From a virus (lineage: Duplodnaviria > Heunggongvirae > Uroviricota > Caudoviricetes), in the IMG/VR virus record IMGVR_UViG_3300032050_000035: a DNA stretch of 50,148 bases. One strand, written 5' to 3'. Shown one piece after another: positions 44,974 to 50,148 of this stretch. Both the position numbers and the translations under genes were made by a program. Under the pieces are notes generated by a model. The model ran no database searches. It saw only the letters and a list, made by a program, of their open reading frames with translations, and was not told the origin of the DNA. Position 1 is the stretch's first letter, and each line of letters starts with the position of its first letter.

Positions 44974-46704
44974 ATGAGAGTATTATTTTTATTACTGTTG
45001 TTAGTACCAACAATTTTGTTTGGTGGTATAACACCAACTGGATTTGTAAATGATTACGCAAATCTTTTAACTACTGAACAAGTTTCTCAATTAGAAAGTA
45101 AAGTTTCTGATTTTGAAAAGAAAACTGACATCGAAATCGCTGTTGCTATTGTTACTTCATTAGATGGTAATGATATAGACACGTATAAAAACTCACTTTT
45201 CAGACAATGGGGAGTTGGTAAAGCCGGTAGAAACAATGGTTTATTAGTTGTTATCTCACCTAATGATAGAAAATGGGGTATTGAGATTGGTTATGGTTTA
45301 GAACCATATTTAACTGACTATACTTCATATGATATGGCTGAAACTCACTTAGTTCCTAATTTCAAAGCAGGTAACTATTACCAAGGTTTAGACGAGTTAA
45401 TTTCAGTAATGACTAAACACTTAGGTACTTCTACTTGGAAAGATAGAGTTGCTTATACTAAAGCTCAAAAAGAAAAAGAACAAAGAGAACACGAAGAAAG
45501 TGTTAGAACTTTCTTTCAAGTCCTTTTATGGATTGTTGCTATAATTGGTTTAACCATTGCGTTTTTCTTTTTCAAAAGAAAACAAGAACGTGAGAAAGCG
45601 TTTAAGAAAAATCGTGAAGATAAAGCAAATAACTATAAAACAAAAGTATCCGAAGTTTCATCAGAACTTTATAAGTTAAGAGGTGAAAGTATTGAACTTG
45701 ATAAGAATATGGTTAATTTAATCAAATCTTCAACAGTTGAAAATCTTAATACAAATTATAATGTAGCTCTTGACTCTATTAGACCACAAGTTACATTAAT
45801 TAATACTATTAATAATATTAATGATAGTGTGTTCACTGCTATATCATTATTGAATGATATTACTAAACTTGAGAAAAAACATAATATTGAAAGTGGTAAT
45901 AAATTAGATTTTGATTTCAATCCTAAATCTGATATTCAAGAATTGGAAAACAGATTATATATTATAGATGGTATTAAATCTACATTTGAAACTAGAAAAA
46001 ATAAGTTAGAAAGATTTGACAACTTAGTATCATTACATCCACAAAGTTTGGTGAATGATATCGAAAGTTATAAATCAGAGTTTACTAATAAGTTTTATAA
46101 ACCAAGTAACAATGATTTGATCTCATTAGTTGAAAGATTGAATGACTCTATTAATGTTTTCAACCGTGTGGATGTTAGTTTTGGTAATCTATATAATTTA
46201 GAAAAATCACACAATGATATTAAAAAGTGTAAACAAGATATATCTAATCACTTAGATATCATTAGAAGTAGAAATACTGAACACGAGAAAATGGTTAGTG
46301 TGTTAAATGGATCAACTCAAAACTTATCATCAGTATCTTCTAAATTGAATAGTTATTTGAACAATAGCGATGTAAATAGTAGTACAAAAACAGCTATCAG
46401 AAGTATCTTACCTACTTTATTAGCATTCTCTGTTACATCAAACATACTTGACTCATTCAATAATTATAACTCACTTGTTTCAAAAGCAAACTCTTTACTT
46501 AAAAAGGCTAAGAGTGAAGTAGAAGAAGCTGAAGAAGATAGAGCAAGAGAAAGACGTAGATTAGCAGCAGCCGCGGCAGCCGCAGCTTCAAGTTACTCAA
46601 GCTCAAGTTCGAGTTCATCTTGGGGTTCATCTGATAGTGATTCATCTTGGGGTGGATTTGGAGGTGGTGACTCTGGTGGTGGTGGTTCATCAGGTGATTG
46701 GTAA
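44974..46704 (+). CDS. TPM-domain membrane protein with a long coiled coil and a Gly/Ser tail
   Basis: Signal peptide; VNDYANLL, WGVGKAGRNNGLL, IEIGYGLEPYLTD; TM helix; ends SSSSSWG...FGGGDSGGGGSSGDW. Confidence 0.88.
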   Translation: MRVLFLLLLLVPTILFGGITPTGFVNDYANLLTTEQVSQLESKVSDFEKKTDIEIAVAIVTSLDGNDIDTYKNSLFRQWGVGKAGRNNGLLVVISPNDRKWGIEIGYGLEPYLTDYTSYDMAETHLVPNFKAGNYYQGLDELISVMTKHLGTSTWKDRVAYTKAQKEKEQREHEESVRTFFQVLLWIVAIIGLTIAFFFFKRKQEREKAFKKNREDKANNYKTKVSEVSSELYKLRGESIELDKNMVNLIKSSTVENLNTNYNVALDSIRPQVTLINTINNINDSVFTAISLLNDITKLEKKHNIESGNKLDFDFNPKSDIQELENRLYIIDGIKSTFETRKNKLERFDNLVSLHPQSLVNDIESYKSEFTNKFYKPSNNDLISLVERLNDSINVFNRVDVSFGNLYNLEKSHNDIKKCKQDISNHLDIIRSRNTEHEKMVSVLNGSTQNLSSVSSKLNSYLNNSDVNSSTKTAIRSILPTLLAFSVTSNILDSFNNYNSLVSKANSLLKKAKSEVEEAEEDRARERRRLAAAAAAAASSYSSSSSSSSWGSSDSDSSWGGFGGGDSGGGGSSGDW

Positions 46705-46706
46705 AA

Positions 46707-46800
46707 TAAAAAGTCACGATTTCTCGTGACTTTTTTTATTTCTATAAAAAAGAAACCCAGAAATTTCTTTCTGGGTCAGTCTAAGAATACTCTTCTTAGA
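46707..46800. terminator. Back-to-back terminators plus an extra hairpin
   Basis: AAGTCACGA-TTTC-TCGTGACTTTTTT; ACCCAGAAA-TTTC-TTTCTGGGT (U-tract on the minus strand); TCTAAGA...TCTTAGA. Confidence 0.75.
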
Positions 46801-46809
46801 GTGGTAAAT

Positions 46810-47460
46810 TTATTTAGATAATAATTTAATTAAATCTTCTGTAATTTTAGTTATAAGTTTTTTACCATCAACTTCAACTGGAGTAATTCCTTTAATCATT
46901 GAGTATTTGTCATTACCATCTACATTTAATTTAGAGATAGCTTCACAAATTGTATTATTTCCTTTATATTTTGCTAAATAATAAGTTTTTAAGTCTCCTA
47001 CAAATTTAGATAAATCAACACCTTCATTATAGTTATACTTAACCATTTGTAATTCGTTCTCATCTTTTTCGATCATTAAATACCAAATAGATTTTTTAGA
47101 AATCTTAACATTTTCTAAAAAATTATAAGCTCTAGATGCTTTAACATTTTTAGGGAATTTAGCAACCTTACCAATAGTTTCAACCTTTTCGTTTTTATTA
47201 TCTTCAAAATCAATATCATTTACAAATTCATCATTGTCTGTATTAACATCAATATTTTGATCTTTTGGTATAACATTCTTTCTTGAAGCAACTCTTTCAC
47301 CTTTTTTAGTATCTTTTGGTAAATTAGGGTTCATTGGTAAAGATGAATCTGTATCAGGCATAATGTTTTCAGAAGGATTTACTTCTTCTAATTTATCACT
47401 CTTACTTTCATTTTTAAAGTCTGAAAACTTTTTAAATAATCTTTTTGAATTATCCGCCAT
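46810..47460 (-). CDS. Hypothetical protein with near-N-terminal FKKFSDFKNE motif (putative virion protein)
   Basis: Start reassigned from 47556 to ATG 47460; the intervening sequence is AT-rich and carries the TAATATATA motif. Confidence 0.75.
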   Translation of the reverse strand: MADNSKRLFKKFSDFKNESKSDKLEEVNPSENIMPDTDSSLPMNPNLPKDTKKGERVASRKNVIPKDQNIDVNTDNDEFVNDIDFEDNKNEKVETIGKVAKFPKNVKASRAYNFLENVKISKKSIWYLMIEKDENELQMVKYNYNEGVDLSKFVGDLKTYYLAKYKGNNTICEAISKLNVDGNDKYSMIKGITPVEVDGKKLITKITEDLIKLLSK

Positions 47461-47524
47461 TTTAATTTCTTTATGTTTTCTATTATATATTATTATTTTA
47501 TAATGGTTTTTTAATTTTAGGTAA

Positions 47525-47779
47525 TTATTTACTATATTTATAGTAATATTTATCAACTACTATATTTCTAAAGTTTCTTGCTATATTCATTTGATCGAAT
47601 AATGAAGCAATAAGTGGTTGTAATCTTTTTAAAAATCCATTCATAATATCATTTTGATACATATATGGTGATAATGTTTTATCTAATATTTGCTTTTCAT
47701 AATCAACAAAATCTTTATCATCATCATGTCGATGTTTCATGAAATAAATTTCTGGTAGTTCTTTATCTTCTATTAACAT
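47525..47779 (-). CDS. Small hypothetical protein next to the baseplate gene
   Basis: 84 aa ORF directly downstream of the gp6-like gene. Confidence 0.7.
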   Translation of the reverse strand: MLIEDKELPEIYFMKHRHDDDKDFVDYEKQILDKTLSPYMYQNDIMNGFLKRLQPLIASLFDQMNIARNFRNIVVDKYYYKYSK

Positions 47780-47780
47780 A

Positions 47781-49493
47781 TTACATAGGTTTATTTTTTA
47801 CGTCAACTGTTCCTCTTTTTATTATATTGACCGATTTCAATCCGCTTGATTTTATATCACTACTATAAAGAACGTCGTTTCTATTTGACCATCCACCTCT
47901 TATAATTGGTAATTCTGATGCGTCGTATATTATATCTCCAAGAATTGGATCTAATCCTAAAACAACACTAGAGTCATAATTTATAGGCGGCTTTGGTAAA
48001 GATGAACCGCCATTTACTATTGTAGGTGTCATTTGATTTTGTAAATTAATAATAGCTTCTTTATGATAATCTTCATTCTTCTTTGAAATGAATTGCAAAT
48101 CAACTGAGTGTATATCACTTATATTTGAAAGAGCTTTTATCAAATCTAATTTTGGTATTCTATCTATTCTATTTAGATTTAGAAAGTAATCGGATATAAC
48201 CTCATATATTTGATTGTTTAAAGAATCATCTGTAACATCAGAATATGGAATTACAAATATATTCATCACATAATATGATAAAGTTGGATTAACAATTGAA
48301 AAGTTTTTAGTTAATTGTATATTACCACCTGTTCTCAAATACTTTCCTATTTTATCGATTTCATAATCATCAAGTGAGAAAGCTGCTATATCTATATCAA
48401 AATAATTATTATTTTGATTTTTAAATAAATTTATATTAGGAGTTACAGCAACAAAAACAGTTCCGTTTCTTTCATACGCATTTACATGTGAGAAAACACC
48501 TAACTTTTTAATCTCATATGCGTATTGTTGGGGTAAAGCAAGTACATAGTTATTACTTACCATTGGTAATAAACTTCTTGTGAATAGTGAGGATTCTGCG
48601 TTTGCTCCAAAATTGATGTCGGTGTGAATATCAATATCAAATAGTTTACCCATATCTAAAGTTCCTCCAAATCCATCAAATACATCATCTACGAAGTTCC
48701 AATCATTTGGGGTTCTTCTGAATATATTACCATCAGCACCATCAGTCTTTAGATAGTTTACGGTTATTATAGATCCTAATTCTGGAATTGCTCCAAATCC
48801 ACCGTTACCAAATATAATATCCAAACCTTCATCAAATCCACTTTTAGTAACAACAGCTTTTTCATCGGGTAGTAAATCATAAATATGTTTTTTAATACTC
48901 CAAATCTCACCATTGACCAAAATCTCAACTCTAAAATTTTCAACATCTTTATTTCCACTTACATTAACATAAAGTGTTTGTAAAGGATCTCCGCTACCTG
49001 TATAAGTTTTAGTTTCCCATTTACCTTGAATAACAGGTATGAAAAAGTTATAGTTTTTTGATAGAATATGTGATACTCTATCTGTGCCTAAATCTAAACT
49101 ATAATCAAGTGAGTTAGTTTTGTTACTCAGTGTTGTTTTATTTAAAAAAATAACTTTTCCACCAGGTATTTCTTTTTCAATATCAACAGCGGTTTTTAAT
49201 GTGAATTTCAATGTTCCAGTAGCACTTATTGATCTAGTTGGATTATGTCCTGCAAATATAGCTGCATTTCTTATAATTCTCTTATTTGTTGAAGAAGCAT
49301 TACTTAGATCAAATTGATTAAGTGTACTTTTTAAGTATAGTAATGAGAGTTGTTGTAAATTTTCAATAACACCTAAAATTTGACCATATGGTGAGGCATT
49401 ACTAAAAAGAATACTAGCTTTATTGTACTCGGTTTTCAAGAAATCTTCAATTTCTTGTTTTATTCTATCAAAACTAATTTGTATAAATTTCAT
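47781..49493 (-). CDS. Baseplate wedge subunit (T4 gp6-like)
   Basis: SFDRIKQEIEDFL, NAAIFAGHNPTRSISATGTL, IIFGNGGFG.IP..GS.I.VNYLKT.G.DGN, FGANAES. Confidence 0.7.
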   Translation of the reverse strand: MKFIQISFDRIKQEIEDFLKTEYNKASILFSNASPYGQILGVIENLQQLSLLYLKSTLNQFDLSNASSTNKRIIRNAAIFAGHNPTRSISATGTLKFTLKTAVDIEKEIPGGKVIFLNKTTLSNKTNSLDYSLDLGTDRVSHILSKNYNFFIPVIQGKWETKTYTGSGDPLQTLYVNVSGNKDVENFRVEILVNGEIWSIKKHIYDLLPDEKAVVTKSGFDEGLDIIFGNGGFGAIPELGSIITVNYLKTDGADGNIFRRTPNDWNFVDDVFDGFGGTLDMGKLFDIDIHTDINFGANAESSLFTRSLLPMVSNNYVLALPQQYAYEIKKLGVFSHVNAYERNGTVFVAVTPNINLFKNQNNNYFDIDIAAFSLDDYEIDKIGKYLRTGGNIQLTKNFSIVNPTLSYYVMNIFVIPYSDVTDDSLNNQIYEVISDYFLNLNRIDRIPKLDLIKALSNISDIHSVDLQFISKKNEDYHKEAIINLQNQMTPTIVNGGSSLPKPPINYDSSVVLGLDPILGDIIYDASELPIIRGGWSNRNDVLYSSDIKSSGLKSVNIIKRGTVDVKNKPM

Positions 49494-49495
49494 AT

Positions 49496-49822
49496 TTAGT
49501 CAACTATTTTTAAATATTCTTCATCAAATCTATTTTTTTCAAAAATGTCTTTAATATCATTTGAAATATTTTCAATTGATGATTTTCTTTCAATTAAAAG
49601 AGATTTTTCATCTAATGGATTTGAAAAATATTTCCATTCAAATACTTGATTCTCAATTTCTTTTTTAGTTAAAATAATTCTAACTTCTTTCCCTTCGTTA
49701 ATACTTATTTCAAAGTAGTTACCGAATTCCATGCTTGATTTTTCGACAATTTTAACATCTGTAAAATCATTTAAAATTAAACCGTGTAATTTATTAATGT
49801 TATATTTCATTTCTGAGCTCAT
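49496..49822 (-). CDS. Hypothetical protein
   Basis: 108 aa ORF heading the baseplate operon. Confidence 0.7.
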   Translation of the reverse strand: MSSEMKYNINKLHGLILNDFTDVKIVEKSSMEFGNYFEISINEGKEVRIILTKKEIENQVFEWKYFSNPLDEKSLLIERKSSIENISNDIKDIFEKNRFDEEYLKIVD

Positions 49823-49912
49823 AAAATTTAATATTTTTTTATTATATATTAAAATATAATCACCACATCACATATTTTGTAAATATTAAAATTTCAAATT
49901 AATATATACATT

Positions 49913-50148
49913 ATGGAAGAAATTAAATATTTAGTTGAGATTTTTAAACAATATGGACTTATGGGTGTTATACTAGTTTCTATATTACTTTTAATAGTTA
50001 ATTCTATTAAAAAAGATTGGTTAAAAAAGTTATATTCAAAAACTCAGGAGTTTTTCATTTTTGTATTTCTTAAATCAAAGACTAAGGAAGTAACATCTAG
50101 TGATATATCCATAACAGAATCGGATGTTATTAATCATGATATTTTCAA
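49913..50148 (+). CDS. 5' part of a membrane protein running off the right edge (holin-like topology)
   Basis: MEEIKYLVEIFKQYGLMGVILVSILLLIVNSIKK...; open to the window end; TAATATATA upstream. Confidence 0.55.
   Translation, partial: MEEIKYLVEIFKQYGLMGVILVSILLLIVNSIKKDWLKKLYSKTQEFFIFVFLKSKTKEVTSSDISITESDVINHDIF

Noticed and set aside
46561-46700. GC-rich short repeats (GCAGCAGCC, AGTTCA, GGTGGT)
   Set aside because: Explained by the Ala/Ser/Gly low-complexity tail typical of TPM proteins
241-49317. Short or antisense ORFs in the track (e.g. 241-, 5098+, 6126+, 7567-, 8020-, 11007+, 12450+, 12856-, 18257-, 18328+, 18664-, 19758-, 20723+, 21820+, 23568+, 24859-, 26462-, 26581-, 26757+, 28191-, 29502-, 33927+, 34494+, 34872-, 37501-, 39845-, 42937+, 46508-, 48776+, 49120+)
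   Set aside because: They lie mostly or wholly inside longer, motif-supported genes on the opposite strand or another frame and have the Ser/Leu/Phe-rich composition of shadow frames
1-50148. Stop-codon reassignment (alternative genetic code)
   Set aside because: Conserved enzymes are full length in the standard code; TAG ends 3660..4178 and TGA ends 8066..9898 at natural boundaries
1-50148. CRISPR array, tRNA or rRNA genes, diversity-generating retroelement
   Set aside because: No repeat-spacer periodicity, no cloverleaf or GC-rich structured stretch in the short intergenic gaps, and no reverse transcriptase or TR/VR pair seen by eye; tRNAscan and Infernal were not run
1-50148. Eukaryotic giant-virus or bacterial chromosomal origin
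   Set aside because: Split T4-like topoisomerase, gp6-like baseplate, NusG, intrinsic terminators and dense orphan ORFs fit a large tailed phage; the Rrp8-like domain alone is not enough to argue otherwise

Overview
A very AT-rich, gene-dense 50 kb segment of a large (jumbo-type) tailed phage genome in the standard genetic code. The host is probably Bacteroidota, inferred from TAnnTTTG promoters, the general lack of Shine-Dalgarno sites, and host-like LemA, TPM and Skp genes. Recognisable genes: both subunits of a T4-like type IIA topoisomerase, RNase H/flap exonuclease, NusG, Hsp20, Dam-type methylase, Cas4/RecB-like nuclease, HNH and LAGLIDADG endonucleases, an SF2 helicase fused to an Rrp8-like methyltransferase, FolD, DHFR, two MazG-type enzymes, a HAD phosphatase, glycosyl- and methyltransferases, rhomboid, patatin, Skp/OmpH, LemA-TPM and a gp6-like baseplate protein. 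The strongest unexplained signals are: (1) two mutually exclusive peptide tags, an N-terminal MK(Y/H/N)(L/I)Kx(F/Y)xE leader resembling the T4 capsid-targeting sequence on about 12 unrelated ORFs, and a C-terminal R(D/E/N)xx(L/I)xx(L/I) helix on about 12 other ORFs; (2) a 19-nt interruption containing a CCC-T slippery site that separates a Cys/His-repeat array from the helicase-methyltransferase in the +1 frame; (3) a folate, nucleotide-hydrolase, glycosyl- and methyltransferase cluster. All family assignments come from motifs read by eye; no searches were run.
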